This document shows positions 13,565 to 27,943 of a stretch of 64,000 nt of DNA, piece by piece. The stretch lies in NCBI GenBank assembly GCA_964016885.1, contig OZ024766.1, positions 15,066,001 through 15,130,000 of the forward strand, given 5' to 3'. The notes below the pieces were generated by a model that had not been told where the DNA came from, did not search any database, and saw nothing but the letters and a program-made list of their open reading frames with translations. The DNA is from Eledone cirrhosa (Eukaryota). Numbering within the stretch: position 1 is the stretch's first letter; every line of letters starts with the position of its first letter. The translations under genes and the position numbers were made by a program.

Positions 13565-14407
13565 GCTAACTTAAAGAATGCCACGGTACTAAAGTACGCA
13601 GATGACATCAAGCTGTACCTTGAGATAAAAAGGACAGATCCTGAACACTATAGATCTTGCTTGCAGTCTGACCAGGACACAATGCAACAATGGATCTCAG
13701 ACTGGCAACTCAAGCTAGCTGTGGACAAGTGCACCACCATACATTTTGGGAGTAAAAACCTAGCGTCCACATACTCCCTCCACAGCACTAATATCAAGAA
13801 GTCTTCTTGTGAACGTGACCTGGGCATTACGGTCAGCAGCGATTTGCGTTGGACGAAGCACGTCTGTAAAATTGTCAAGAGCGTCAAGGGTGTCTTAGCA
13901 TCACTCAGCAAGACCTTTGTCAGCCGTTCTCCAGATATCTATTTAAGGCTGTACATGGCTATGGTGCGGCCACACTTAGAATTTGCATCACCAGTCTGGA
14001 ACCCCTATCTTGCTCAGAACATTGACCGCCTGGAAACTGTTCAGAGATGTGCAACCAAGCGAATACCCTCCATCAGGCATCTACCTTACACTGAGCGCCT
14101 TGCTTCCCTGGGCATGGATACATTGAAGCTCCGACGCCTGGCAACTGACTTGATACACACCCACAAAATTGTTAACCATCTTGCCAACAACAACCCTGAG
14201 TACCTTTTTGATTTCCATGTGTCTAACACACGTGGACATGCCCACAAAGTCAGAAAACTGCACAGTTCCCAAGACTTTCGGAAACATTTTTTCACGCTCA
14301 GAGTTGCTGAAGCATGGAACAAACTACCTGCATCAGTTGTTAGCTGTCGAGACACTGCAACCTTTAAGGCCTCCATGCTTCCCGAGATCCGCAAACACTA
14401 CAGCTAA
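13565..14407 (+). mobile_element. 5'-truncated CR1/L2-type LINE, RT C-terminal region
   Basis: LKYADDIKLY, WQLKLAVDKC, ERDLGITV, VRPHLEFASPVWNPY, LETVQRCATK. Confidence 0.9.
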
Positions 14408-14560
14408 TGTTCCCCCTCCATACACATACACACATGTATATATATGTATGTTTGTTTCATCTCTGACACACACACACATATATATATATATGTATGTTTG
14501 TCTCAGGTTCAATCAGAGGTAACCACAGTAAGTACGGTGCTCAATACATAGCAGAGTATG

Positions 14561-14697
14561 AATATTTAATATAGAAATGGCTTCTACAGGACTAGAACTG
14601 TTTCAGTCAGGAGAAATCATCAGGAAGCTTCCTGGTGATTTCTCCCGAATCAAACAAGTCTAGTCCTGTAGAAGCCATGTCTATATTAAATATAAAT
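14561..14697. repeat. Fold-back palindrome centred at 14627/14628
   Basis: Arms ATATAGAAATGGCTTCTACAGGACTAG... and ...CTAGTCCTGTAGAAGCCATGTCTATAT around GGAAGCTTCC. Confidence 0.9.
14580..14628 (-). ncRNA. Type-I hammerhead ribozyme motif (weak stem II)
   Basis: Minus strand: gcttc-CTGATGA-tttctcctgact-GAAA-cag ttctagtc ctg-TA-gaagc. Stems I and III pair; stem II is degenerate. Confidence 0.55.
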
Positions 14698-14705
14698 ATA
14701 TATAT

Positions 14706-15072
14706 ATCATCATCATCATTTTACGTCCACTTTTCCCTGCTTGCAAGGGTGGGATGGGTCCTATTCAGCACAGCATCTCTCCACTTGTCACGGTCCCTCG
14801 TCATCTCCTCCGTGAGATTCAGCGATCTGAGGTCTGCTCTCACCACCTCCCCTCATGTTTTTTGTGGTCTTCCTCTACTGTGTCTTCCTTCTATTAGGAT
14901 CTCTTGGCACTTCTTTACTCAGCGGTCATCTACCATGAGCATCACATGTCCATACTATCTCAGTCTCTTCTCCTGCACACCACAACTTATCCCTCTTATA
15001 CTCAGTTTCTCTCTCAACTCATCTATGCTTGGTCGTTCACGCACATTGACATTGCACATCCAACGGAGCATA
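14706..15072 (-). mobile_element. RTE-LINE 3' fragment with (CAT)n tail
   Basis: Similar to the 3' end of the RTE at 41831-43107 (GATATGGACATGTGATG, i.e. the YGHVM region). Confidence 0.75.
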
Positions 15073-15231
15073 CATATATATATATATATATATAATATTA
15101 ATTTGAGTATTTTGGGGGTAATTAGCGACACTTCAGTATGCAGGTTAGAGCACTATATGCGACCAGTGCTTTGAGAAAACAACACCATACTTCGAGATGG
15201 GGCATATCAAAATATCAGAAGTAAGCTTTAC

Positions 15232-16215
15232 TTCATCTAGCTGTCTGGTGTGGTCATCTAGCTGTCTCCTGTGGTCATCTAGCTGTCTGGTGTGGTCATC
15301 TAGCTGTCTGGTGTGGTCATCTAACTGTCTCATGTGGTTATCTAGTTGTCTCATGTGGTCATCTAGCTGTCTGGTGTGGTCATCTAGCTGTCTGGTGTGG
15401 TCATCTAGCTGTCTGGTGTGGTCATCTAGCTGTCTGGTGTGGTCATCTAGCTGTCTGGTGTGGTCATCTAGCTGTCTGATGTGGTCATCTAGCTGTCTGA
15501 TGTGGTCATCTAGGTGTCTGGTGTGGTCATCTAGCTGTCTGGTGTGGTCATCTAACTGTCTGATGTGGTCATCTAGCTGTCTGGTGTGGTCATCTAGCTG
15601 TCTGGTGTGGTCATCTAGCTGTCTGGTGTGGTCATCTAGCTGTATGATGTGGTCATCTGGCTGTCTGATGTGGTCATCTAGCTGTCTGGTGTGGTCATCT
15701 AACTGTCTGATGTGGTCATCTAGCTGTCTGGTGTGGTCATCTAGCTGTCTGGTGTGGTCATCTAACTGTCTCATGTGGTTATCTAGTTGTCTCATGTGGT
15801 CATCTAGCTGTCTGATGTGGTCATCTAGCTGTCTGGTGTGGTCATCTAGCTGTCTGGTGTGGTCACCTAGCTGTCTGATGTGGTCATCTAGCTGTCTGGT
15901 GTGGTCACCTAGCTGTCTGATGTGCTCACCTAGCCGTCTGATGTGGTCATCTAACTGTCTCATGTGGTCATCTAGCTGTCTGGTGTGGTCATCTAGCTGT
16001 CTGGTGTGGTCATCTAGCTGTCTGGTGTGGTCATCTAGCTGTCTGGTGTGGTCATCTAGCTGTCTGTTGTGGTCATCTGTCTGATGTGGTCATCTAGCTG
16101 TCTGGTGTGGTCATCTAGCTGTCTGATGTCGTCATCTGTCTGATGTGGTCATCTAGCTGTCAGATGTGGTCATCTAGCTGTCAGGTGTGGTCATCTAGCT
16201 GTCAGATGTGGTCAT
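15232..16215. repeat. 21-bp minisatellite (CTAGCTGTCTGGTGTGGTCAT)n, about 46 units
   Basis: Direct tandem units. Reads as (QLDDHTR)n on the minus strand. Confidence 0.97.
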
Positions 16216-16239
16216 TGTTGTTATATAATCGTTTGCAGT

Positions 16240-16372
16240 ACAGTTACGTCCCTTTACGGACTGAGCTCAAATCCCGCCGAGGTAAACTTTGCCTTACGCG
16301 GTCGATAAAATAAAGTACCAGTAATACACTGGAATTATTGCAGGCCTTGTGCCAAAAGTAGAAACAATTATA
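16240..16372 (+). mobile_element. tRNA-derived SINE (family also at 18089-18277, 31535-31645, 52047-52219, 52698-52885)
   Basis: TCAAATCCCGCCGAGG...GTCGATAAAATAAAGTACCAGT...GGCCTTGTGCCAAAAGTAGAAACAATT. Confidence 0.75.
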
Positions 16373-16527
16373 TATATAACAGTGAATATGAATAAACAAA
16401 GTTAATTTTAGTCTGTTGACTTACACTTGTTGTTTTATATATATACTAGACCTCCAGTGACCTGTTGGGTCACGTACACTTAAATATAATTTTTACTTAA
16501 TTAAAATATACACAGACATGTATATAT

Positions 16528-16655
16528 ATAGGAAAATGTATGACCCCGACGGCAGAGCTGAAGCCGTTTCGACGGTTATTTCTGGACTAAATTTAGTCCA
16601 GAAATAGACGTTGAAACGGCTTGAGCTCTGCCGTCGGGGTCATACATCTTCCTAT
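16528..16655. repeat. Fold-back palindrome centred at 16591/16592; the right arm carries the 3' half of a hammerhead motif
   Basis: CTAAATTTAG axis. GAAA-cggc ttgagctct gccg-TC-gggg at 16613-16639. Related copies at 23118-23227 and 24172-24358. Confidence 0.85.
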
Positions 16656-18088
16656 TACCCACTCTACTACCCTAAGTATTGAGTACTCTGGTGCATTATG
16701 GTCCATCTGGTTCCTTACTACAACTCCTTCGTTATAAATATATATATGTGTGTATATATAAGTGTGTGTGTGTGTGGGTGTCTGTGACCTCTATACACTG
16801 GTTACAGACAGACACACACACACACACATATATATATATACACACACTTAGAAACTCTTCCTATTCAGCAAGAGACAGTAATGTTGTAATTCAATTCTTT
16901 GAAGTCTCTGGTTATAAATTCATTCAACAACACCACCAGCTCTCTCTCTTCCATCCTCTGTCTCCTCTCCCTCTCTCTATGTCTCTCGTTCAATCTACTC
17001 TTTCACAACCACTATCTCTTTCTATCTTTCTCACTCTCTATTTATGAAGGTACGCTGAAAAACTCCGTATCTCGGGAACCTGTGCTCCAATTTATGTGAA
17101 ACTTGTTTTATTACATTTGTATTCCCATTTCAGGGCCAACTTCCTTTCAAACTATTTTCCCATTATGTGCCCTTTTGGTTGTATTACATTACACTAGCAG
17201 AAAAACCACACTTCAGGTAGTTTTCTGCTAGCATGTGTAGTGTGTATATTGATATTATATGCAGGTATATATATACATGTAGATATGATACATCAAATAA
17301 AATCATAATTGACAATATATAATACATAGAAATTGAACGAAGACTGCGTTACACTGTCTTATGTAATAAGTAACGTAATCCATGATACATTAAAAAAGAC
17401 GATATTATATATAAACTGCGTTAGGAGAAAATTAGTGACGGAAAATTAGTATGTTTATTTTAGCGATGGCCAACAGGAAGTGTTGACATTTGAAAATTTT
17501 AAAGAAGTGAATCTTTAAATAAACAAAATATATTTAATGAATAGCCACGAAATTTAGTAGATAAATTATGTAATATTCATTCATTATTTATTCAAGGTAA
17601 CCCAACTTATTTTACAAACGGGATAAAACTAAAAAAATCGTACGCAATCCCGCAGGCCTTCCTTATAGTTTAGATTACAGATAAGCAAGCAATAACAGAG
17701 TTTTAGTAGTAGATAGATAGATAGATAGATATCTTTATCTGCCACAGGGGTGCACAAAAATGGGACATTACAAGACGTGACGGCGGGGATTTTACATAAA
17801 AATCATATAACTTTAACATTAATAAATAACAATAAACTATATATAATAAAATAACAATTGAAATCCCCAATAGGGGGGAACGTTACTACAGGGTTGTTTT
17901 ACACCCCATGGATAGAACAACCCTCAACACCAGGAACACGTTTTGTAGGTGTTCCCGTCTTCCCTCTGTTTATCTTCCTCAACCTACAGGTTTATATCAC
18001 TCGGGACATTTTCGCCACATTCACTCATCTTTCAGCGAATTTACTGAGGTGAGATAGATAGACAGATAGATAGATATATAGATAGATG

Positions 18089-18277
18089 TATTGTTTCTAC
18101 TTTTGGCACAAGGCCAGCAATTACCCTAGTGCATTGCTGGTGCTTTATTCTATCGATTCCGTAAGGATGAAAGGCAAAATTAACCTTGGCGGGGTTTTAA
18201 CTCAAACCATAAAGGGTTGTAACTCTATGCCTCACAGCATGGCGTCCGACTCTCTACAAATACTGCCAATCCACTGC
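18089..18277 (-). mobile_element. tRNA-derived SINE
   Basis: Reverse complement of the family at 16240 and 52047. Confidence 0.75.
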
Positions 18278-18616
18278 CCTTTTCTATCTACAGGAAGTGT
18301 TCCATCCCCAAGCCTTAATAGATTCAGGGTGAACAGCTCTGATTGTTCACCTCTACCAAGGTCTGCCCTCATCTTTGTAGAGAGTTCAAAGTGTTGAATT
18401 TTTTCAAACAGGCTCAGATTTCATCACTTATTTCCTTTTGGAATGACAGGGAGGGTTTGTCTAGAACACAGGTTCTCAACCCATTTAGGCCAAACGCCCC
18501 CTTTTGTCCCTCGAAACCACGGAACGCCCCCCAACACCATATTGTTTCACTTTTTCAATATACTACTGATTTTTATATCAGTAGATTACTAAAAAATTGA
18601 TTAACAATATTCCAAA

Positions 18617-19705
18617 CATGTGTGTATTATCTGATTATGTGTTGTATGTGGTCCTAGATGTATGTATTATCTGATTATGTGTTGTATGTGGTCCTAGATG
18701 TATGTATTATCTGATTATGTGTTGTATGTGGTCCTAGATGTGTGTATTATCTGATTATGTGTTGTATGTGGTCCTAGATGTGTGTATTATCTGATTATGT
18801 GTTGTATGTGGTCCTAGATGTGTGTATTATCTGATTATGTGTTGTATGTGGTCCTAGATGTATGTATTATCTGATTATGTGTTGTATGTGGTCCTAGATG
18901 TATGTATTATCTGATTATGTGTTGTATGTGGTCCTAGATGTGTGTATTATCTGATTATGTGTTGTATGTGGTCCTAGATGTATGTATTATCTGATTATGT
19001 GTTGTATGTGGTCCTAGATGTATGTATTATCTGATTATGTGTTGTATGTGGTCCTAGATGTGTGTATTATCTGATTATGTGTTGTATGTGGTCCTAGATG
19101 TGTGTATTATCTGATTATGTGTTGTATGTGGTCCTAGATGTGTGTATTATCTGATTATATGTTGTATGTGGTCCTAGATGTGTATATTATCTGATTATGT
19201 GTTGTTTGTGGTCCTAGATGTGTGTATTATCTGATTATGTGTTGTATGTGGTCCTAGATGTGTGTATTATCTGATTATGTGTTGCATGTGGTCCTAGATG
19301 TGTGTATTATCTGATTATGTGTTGTATGTGGTCCTACATGTGTGTATTATCTGATTATGTGTTGTATGTGGTCCTAGATGTGTGTATTATCTGATTATGT
19401 GTTGTATGTAGTCCTAGATGTGTGTATTATCTGATTATGTGTTGTATGTGGTCCTAGATGTGTGTATTATCTGATTATGTGTTGTATGTGGTCCTAGATG
19501 TGTGTATTATCTGATTATGTGTTGTATGTGGTCCTAGATGTGTGTATTATCTGATTATGTGTTGTATGTGGTCCTAGATGTGTGTATTATCTGATTATGT
19601 GTTGTATGTGGTCCTAGATGTGTGTATTATCTGATTATGTGTTGTATGTGGTCCTAGATGTGTGTATTATCTGATTATGTGTTGTAAGTGGTCCTAGATG
19701 TGTGT
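18617..19705. repeat. 40-bp minisatellite (ATGTGTGTATTATCTGATTATGTGTTGTATGTGGTCCTAG)n, about 27 units
   Basis: Near-identical contiguous tandem units. Confidence 0.97.
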
Positions 19706-19889
19706 TCTACTCGCTTCTGTTTTTTTCTTTTCTTTTTTTTTATTTGTAATATTATTTATACAATAGGGAATAAAATAGATCTACATAGTGTTAACTCGTT
19801 ACGGTTGAGTCAATAATTTCAGACAAGATTCTAACTGTCTGCGCTCAAAGTGTCTTTGACCCAGTTGACTGTGGGTTTTTCCATTTTTA

Positions 19890-20029
19890 GGATCTCAATT
19901 ACCGGTTAACGTCTCAATTACCGGACATGCCTGCACACCTGCTCACAGCTGCAGACAGCATACCTATAGTCTGACCGCAGGTGTGCAGGCATGTCCGGTA
20001 ATTGAGACGTTAACCGGTAATTGAGATCC
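19890..20029. mobile_element. Hairpin MITE with about 55-bp TIRs, flanked by TA
   Basis: GGATCTCAATTACCGGTTAACGTCTCAATTACCGGACATGCCTGCACACCTGC and its reverse complement. Confidence 0.8.
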
Positions 20030-20182
20030 TAAAATTTGGAAAAAACCAACGCCCCCACCCCCCTCCCACACCTACAAACGCCCCCCCCCCCTCCTAACGC
20101 GACCTTGCTCCAAAACGCCCCCCGGGGGTGCATATGCCCCCCGTTGAGAAGCTTTGGTCTAGAATGTCCTCCACTTCCTCTT

Positions 20183-21512
20183 CCCACTACTGCTGCTACT
20201 ACCATTACTACTACCACTACCATTACTACTACTACTACAACTACTACTACTACTACTGCTACCACTACTACTACCACTACTACTACTACCACTACTGCTG
20301 CTACTACCATTACTATTACCACTACCATTACTACTACAACTACTACTACTGCTACCACTACTACTACCACTACTACCACTACTGCTGCTACCACCATTAC
20401 TACTACTACCACCACCACTACTGCTGCTACTACCACCATTACTACTACAAGTGCTACCACTACCACTACTACTGCTACTACCACCATCATTACTACTACT
20501 ACTACAACTACTACTACTACTACTGCTACCACTACTACCACTACTGCTGCTACCACCACCATTACTACTACTACCACTACTACTACTACTACTAACACCA
20601 CTACCACCATCGCTACCACTATCACCACTACAACTACTACTACTACCAACACAACTACTACCACTACTACCACTATCACCACCACTACCAGCTAAACTAC
20701 CCCCACCACCACTACTACTACCACTTCTACCAATACTATTACTACTATAAATACTACTACCACCACTACCAACACCATGCCCACTGCCACCACCATCACC
20801 ACCACCAGCTAAACTACCACACCCACCACCACTGCCACCACCACTACCACCACCACTGCCACCACCACTACCATTATCACCACCACCACACCCACTACCA
20901 TCACCACCTTCTACCATTATCACCACCACCACCTCCACTGCCACCACCATCACCACCACCACCACTACCATCACCACCACCACCACTGCCACCACCACTA
21001 CCACCACCACCACACACAACCATCACCACTGCCACCACCACTACCATTATCACCACCACCACACCCACTACCATCACCACCTTCTACCATTATCACCACC
21101 ACCACCTCCACTGCCACCACCATCACCACCACCACCACTACCATCACCACCACTGCCACCACCACTATCACCACCACCTTCTACAATTATCACCACACCA
21201 CCACTGCCACCACCACTACCATTATCACCACCACCACACCACTATCAACTGCCACCACCTTCTACCTTTATCACCACCACCACACCCACAACCATCACCA
21301 CTATCACCACCACCATCACCACCACCACACCCACAACCACCACCTCCACTGCCACCAACACTACTATTATCACCACCATCACCACCACCACCACCTCCAC
21401 CACCACTATCACCACCACCACACCCACCACTATCACCACCACCTTCTACCATTACCACCACCACCACCACCACTGCCACCACCACTACCATTATCACCAC
21501 CACCACCTCCAC
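20183..21512. repeat. (ACT)n/(ACC)n trinucleotide low-complexity tract
   Basis: Visible. The poly-T/V/G ORFs are artefacts. Confidence 0.95.
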
Positions 21513-21869
21513 CAGAATTCTGTGTTTGGGTGTGTACTTCCCCACCATCTGTTTATGGAGGGAGAATATACTGACCAATCAAAATCTTGTAAATTCCATA
21601 TTATGTGAGATAATTATGTGAGAAAAAGCCTTCACCATGAAAATATAATAGTAATGTAAATGCTAAAGGGTTAATGCTATCGTTAATATTAATTATCATT
21701 AGAAAATAAAATTACAGATCAAAATTTATAAATTTAAAACTTCAAAAATCTAAAAATTTAAACATTTCAAATTTCAAAAATTAAAAGTCAGAAAACCATA
21801 GCTTTAAATTGTATTCTCCCTTTGCGGTTATTGGTCGGTATATTATCCCGCCATAAATGGGAGGTGGAC

Positions 21870-22376
21870 ACACACACACCCAAACACAGAATTCTGCCGA
21901 ACACCGAAGCTAGCAGTAAACAACAAATCTGTGGCTGATTTGAACTCTCTGTGACCGTATCATATTGCCAGCTAAGATGGTGGGGGACTGGTGGCTGAGA
22001 GGTTGTCCTACTGGACTCAGGGGCCCTATCCACCCCAGCATTTTACATCATGGACTGGGTGGTTTTATTGTACCACCAGCACTAGAGAGGTTGTCTTACT
22101 GGACTCAGGGGCCCTATCCACCCCACCATTTTACATCATGGACTGGGTGGTTTTATTGTGCCACCAGCACTTGAGAGGTTGTCTTACTGGACTCAGAGCT
22201 CTTCTTCAATCCATAGTTTAGCATGCTTTTTAATAACTGAATGCTACTACAACACACCGAAACACAGAATTCTGCCGAACACCGAAGCTAGCAGTAAACA
22301 ACAAATCTGTGGCTGAATTGAACTCTCTGTGACCGTATCATATTGGCAGCTAAGATGGTGTGGGGCTGGTGGCTGG
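21870..22376. repeat. About 125-bp direct repeat (21870-21997 and 22250-22376) flanking an RTE-3'UTR-like segment
   Basis: AAACACAGAATTCTGCCGAACACCGAAGCTAGCAG...GGTGGCTG occurs twice. Confidence 0.8.
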
Positions 22377-22599
22377 GGTGAATCACCTATGGTAGTAGTA
22401 ATCTGGGTGGTGGTTAAGTGGTCAACTTCCCGCACCTCTGTGTCTATGCTGAGCTGCGGGAAGTCCTGAACTTCACAAGGGAGCTGACAACCCCAGCAAA
22501 AACAATAATTTTTTTTTAGTCCACTCCCTAGCACCCAGGACTGCCTCTGAAACGTAACATTTTACTCAATTTTGCTTCGTTTGGAACTGGTAAAATCTT

Positions 22600-22649
<50 letters not shown>

Positions 22650-22652
<3 letters not shown>

Positions 22653-23050
22653 TACATAGTAAAACCTACTCCAGCCAGTAGGCATCTCTAACAAAATACA
22701 CCCCGTCCCACCACCCCCACCCCCACCCCATCCACACCACCCCGTTTTATGTAAAGTTATGTTGGTGCCGCGCCATCCAGGCCGAAATAAATGAGATCGT
22801 GTAGGTGTCACGACAAAAAAAACACACAGTCCACGCTGTAATGTGGCCGTGTAGGCAACACGGTAAAAACCTCCCAGACCCACACTGTAAATGTGGTTGG
22901 TTTTAGGAAGGGCATCGAACTGTAGAAAACCTGCCAGACAGTCCTATGCGAGCAAGACAATCACTCTTGCCTCAAGTGGGACTACCCCCGTCCAAACCCA
23001 TGCAAGCGTGGAACACGGACGTTAAACGTTGATGATGATGATGATGATGA
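22650..23050 (+). mobile_element. RTE-LINE 3'UTR fragment with (GAT)n tail, in a (TA)n tract
   Basis: Same family as 11660-12010. Confidence 0.7.
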
Positions 23051-23118
<68 letters not shown>

Positions 23119-23224
23119 GGAACCAGTAAGACCCCGACAGCTGAGCTCAAGCCGTTTCGACGGCTAATTCTGGAGTACTTTGGTGCGTTATGGTCCACCT
23201 GGTTCCTTACCACATTTCCTTCGT

Positions 23225-23868
<644 letters not shown>

Positions 23869-23885
23869 CAATATATATATATATT

Positions 23886-23919
<34 letters not shown>

Positions 23920-24136
23920 TATATATATATATGAATATATATATATATTTATATATATATAAATATATACTATGAAATATGAGTTGAAAACTCAGGCAGT
24001 CCTTTATCAAATATATTAATTTATATTAACTTGTATAAATATATATATATATTTTATATATATAAATATATTTATATATATATGTATATATATATATATT
24101 TATATATATAAATATATATATATATAAATATATATA

Positions 24137-24171
<35 letters not shown>

Positions 24172-24173
<2 letters not shown>

Positions 24174-25420
24174 CGAAGGAAATGTGGTAAGGAACCAGGT
24201 GGACCATAACGCACCAAAGTACTCAATACTTGGGGTAGTAGAGTGGGTAATAGGAACCAGTAAGACCCCGACAGCTGAGCTCAAGCCGTTTCGACGGCTA
24301 ATTCTGGACTAAATGAAAATTTATCCTGGTATTTAAATAGCCGATCTTCTCAAGGGGTAATTCCATATATGGTCAAAGTGATTGTCAAAAATCAGTAGTA
24401 ATTCTGTGATTGCAAATTAGTAGGGGAGATGGTGGCTAAACCTGCCAGTAGGATAAAGAGGGGAGGGGGTGGAGTAGACCCAATCAAGCGTTGGTAGTGC
24501 CAGCTACAGCTGGGCATGAGGTCAAAGAAGATACTGGGGAGGGGGGAGTCGGAACGGTAGGTAGAACAATGGGGGGTAAAAATATATATGAAAGAAAAAA
24601 TACTGAGAGTGAAGAAAAGCGGATAAGTGTAAAGAAAAAAGTAAAGCAAGTTCTACGACCTAGGTCTCTAGCTATTGTTAGGCTAGAATAAATAAATAAA
24701 TAAAGAAAGAAAGAAAGAAAGAAAGAAAGAAGTAAAGAAAGAAATAAAGAAATAACGAAATAAGTAAATGAACTATGTGGGACGGAATAGGCAAGAACCC
24801 TTTTAAGAGGTATAAGTACGTAAATGATACGGTGACGGGTCAACAAATGGGGCCAAAATACTAAAGAGACTACCACGAAATAAATAATAAAGGTTTCCAT
24901 CCCGGGCACAATTCCAGCAACCACCCAGTGCAGCAAAGTGAACTAGTACGAGATAATAATTCTGAGTCCCGAAAAAAATATATACTAATGCTAACTCTAA
25001 AAGATCTAAAACAAGCTACATGAAAGTTCGTACGAAGTAAAGGTAGAATACGGAAAAATAAATTCAGAATCCACCCCGCCCAAAAGAAAAGCGAAGAAAG
25101 AAATACTGAAACGAGAAAATAAGGCATAAGTGCCACTAAGAAATATAGAAGGCACGGAGAATAGTGGGAGAGGTCGGAAAAAGGGGGCAAGTATCCGGGG
25201 TCTAAACCAACTGCTATAAAAGGCGGAGTCCGCCAAATCTATCATAGACTAGGGAAGAGGGTGGGGGTACTAAGGCTACAAGGGGCCAAAGGGCAGCCTC
25301 GGGTGGGCGAGAAAAGACGCCGACAAAGGAGAAGAGCTGGGGTAGAAGGACTAAGGAGGGAAGGGGGGAAGGAAATAAAGGAAGCGATAAAAGAATAAAA
25401 AGAAGATCTTACGTCTCCCT
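24172..25420 (-). mobile_element. Possible highly degenerate Penelope-like element: RT-like remnant followed by a pLTR-like end with a hammerhead-like motif (24265-24358)
   Basis: Minus strand acccc-TTGAGAA-ga(t)cggcta...tagccgtc-GAAA-cggc..gctg-TC-ggggt. Upstream only faint peptide resemblance (FSFVGVF..., YSVPHSSF). Confidence 0.35.
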
Positions 25421-26314
25421 TGGCAAGCAGGGGTTACCCATTGCAAAATCGGCAAGTGGGGTGTTATAGGAGGGGCAGCCAGTTGGCCATGCAAAACCCA
25501 CATGTTACCACAGTTTTGGGGCCCATCTCTCTCCAGGCAGATTTCTTCCAGAGAAAGAGAGAAAGTGAGAGAAAGGAAATGAGATGTAGAGGAAGAATCA
25601 ACTCCAGTATTTGACTGGTACTTTTTTGTCGACCTTGAAAGGATGAAAGACAAAATTGACCCCAGCAGGATTTGAAACCAGAGACCAGAATGAATACCAT
25701 AAAGCATACACATATATAAAAATGTATATATACATATATAACCAACATTAAATTAAGGGTGCCATAACATCTCTAAAATATGCTCAAAGATTCTAACGGA
25801 TAGATCCAAGCATTTATAAGCATTCAATTAAAAATCGATTGACATATATATATATAAAATAAACATATCAAACAATGACAGGGGATAATTTGTAAAGAGT
25901 GTAAGCACACATAGGTAGGTAGGGAACTAATTAAAATTTAACGAGAACATCAAATATAGAAACCTTTCAATAATGATTAATCTCCTATAGACATATATAT
26001 CTACAATTATATAAAATAATATTTTCCTTGCTACCGAGAAATCAATATGACAAATTTTGAAGTGAATAAAATTGACATCTTACCTGAAGGACAACAATTT
26101 CTTCTATGACAGATTTCTTTAGACTTTTAATAATCAGGTGCCTGTAATTTAATGAAATGATCTTTATATGACCCTTACATATATATTTCAGAACAGGATG
26201 TAAATAATATTTTGTATACATACACACCCATGTATCTATTAAATAAGATTGCGTCATTTTAATTTTGATTTGTTATATATTTACAAAGCTGTATAGAAAT
26301 ACACACACACACAC

Positions 26315-26406
<92 letters not shown>

Positions 26407-26566
26407 TTCTATATAGCTATTTAAGAAATCAAGATTGGAATGACGAAATCTTATTCATTACACCTGAGTGAACATTCACAGAAGTAGTATTATTAATATA
26501 ATAGATACATGGGTGTATATATATATACATATATTTATATACACCGTAGACAATAGAAACTTCTAG

Positions 26567-26614
<48 letters not shown>

Positions 26615-26620
26615 CGTGTG

Positions 26621-26660
<40 letters not shown>

Positions 26661-27882
26661 CATACGCACATATATATATGTATATATGTATATAAATATA
26701 TATATATATATTTATATTATGTATGTATATATATATGTGTGTGTGTGTGTACGTGAGTGTGTATGTGTGCATGTGTGTGGGCGTGTGTCTGTGTGTATAT
26801 TTTATCAGTATCAGTAACTAGACATTAGCCATGCTGGAGCAATGCTTCACTTAGTCTATCATATCGACCCAAGTTCCTATTGTTTTAAAATCTGGTAAAT
26901 ATTTTCTCAGTCATATATTTGTTGAACTATTGATATATATATATATATAGGTGTGTGTGTGAGAGTGTGTGTGTGTGTGTGTCTGTGTATTATTTGTTGT
27001 TTTCGTAATTGTTTTGGCATTAATATATGCTGGTTGGATGCCCTTCCTAACACCAGCCCCACCATTTTACAGCATGGACTAAGTGGTTTTATTGTGCCAC
27101 CAGCACTAGAGAGGTTATCTTACTGGACTCAGGGGCCCTATCCACCCCACCATTTTAAAGCATGGTCTGGGTGGTTTTATTGTGCTACCAGCACTTGAGA
27201 GGTTGTCTTACTCGACTCAGAGTTCTTCTTCACTCCATAGTTTAGTATGGTTTTTAATAGCTGCATGCTACTACCATTACCTCCCTGTTACAGCATGGAC
27301 TGAGTGCTTTTATTCATGCCACCAGCAGTAGGGAAGTCGTCTTATTAGATTTAAGGGACTTCTCTACCCAGCACCAATTTATTCGGAGTGGTAGCTCTCC
27401 TAGGCGGGTTGCCTACACTACATCTTACGGAGTCTTCATCCGACCCATGACTGCCCTGAGTGGAACTGGGTTCAAGATGCTATAAACACGAGGAAGTTGC
27501 TAGCATACAGTGTCAGGCATTTATAGTGGAGGTGATAGAGGTGGGGTGGGCAGGTGGTTTGGGAAATGGTGATTTCCTAACACAGGTTTATTGTACAAAT
27601 ACATACACATAAATATTGACATCCTATATAAGAAATTATGTATATATATATATATATATAGACACACATTCAACACGCATATATACATCTATATATGATC
27701 ATACACATCAATATATGTGAACATCTAAAGAAATCAGGAAATTGAAAATCAACATTTATCTGAGCTCTATATCCATCTACACTAATGACCCCTTTTTTAA
27801 GTCTCATCTCAGCATCTCTTAACACAGCTTATGGCACAAATACGCATAAATATTGCCATCCTATCGCAATTTCCTAACACAG

Positions 27883-27943
<61 letters not shown>

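Larger units (their letters stand above)
18467..20156. mobile_element. Non-autonomous hAT (Charlie-like) element
   Basis: 8-bp TSD GTCTAGAA at 18459-18466 and 20157-20164. TIRs CACAGGTTCTCAAC / GTTGAGAAGCTTTG. Confidence 0.85.

Noticed and set aside
18617-19705. Regular 40-bp repeats as a possible CRISPR array (also the 33-, 52- and 61-bp arrays)
   Set aside because: Units are contiguous with no unique spacers, there are no cas genes, and the context is eukaryotic.
20029-21578. Mucin-like poly-Thr, poly-Val and Gly/Ser ORFs
   Set aside because: Trinucleotide low-complexity tract that crosses a hAT boundary, with no splice or start context.
26084-26141. 58-nt minus-strand candidate exon (ttacag|G...CAG|GTAAGA)
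   Set aside because: Good splice signals but no recognisable protein similarity. It cannot be supported without transcripts.
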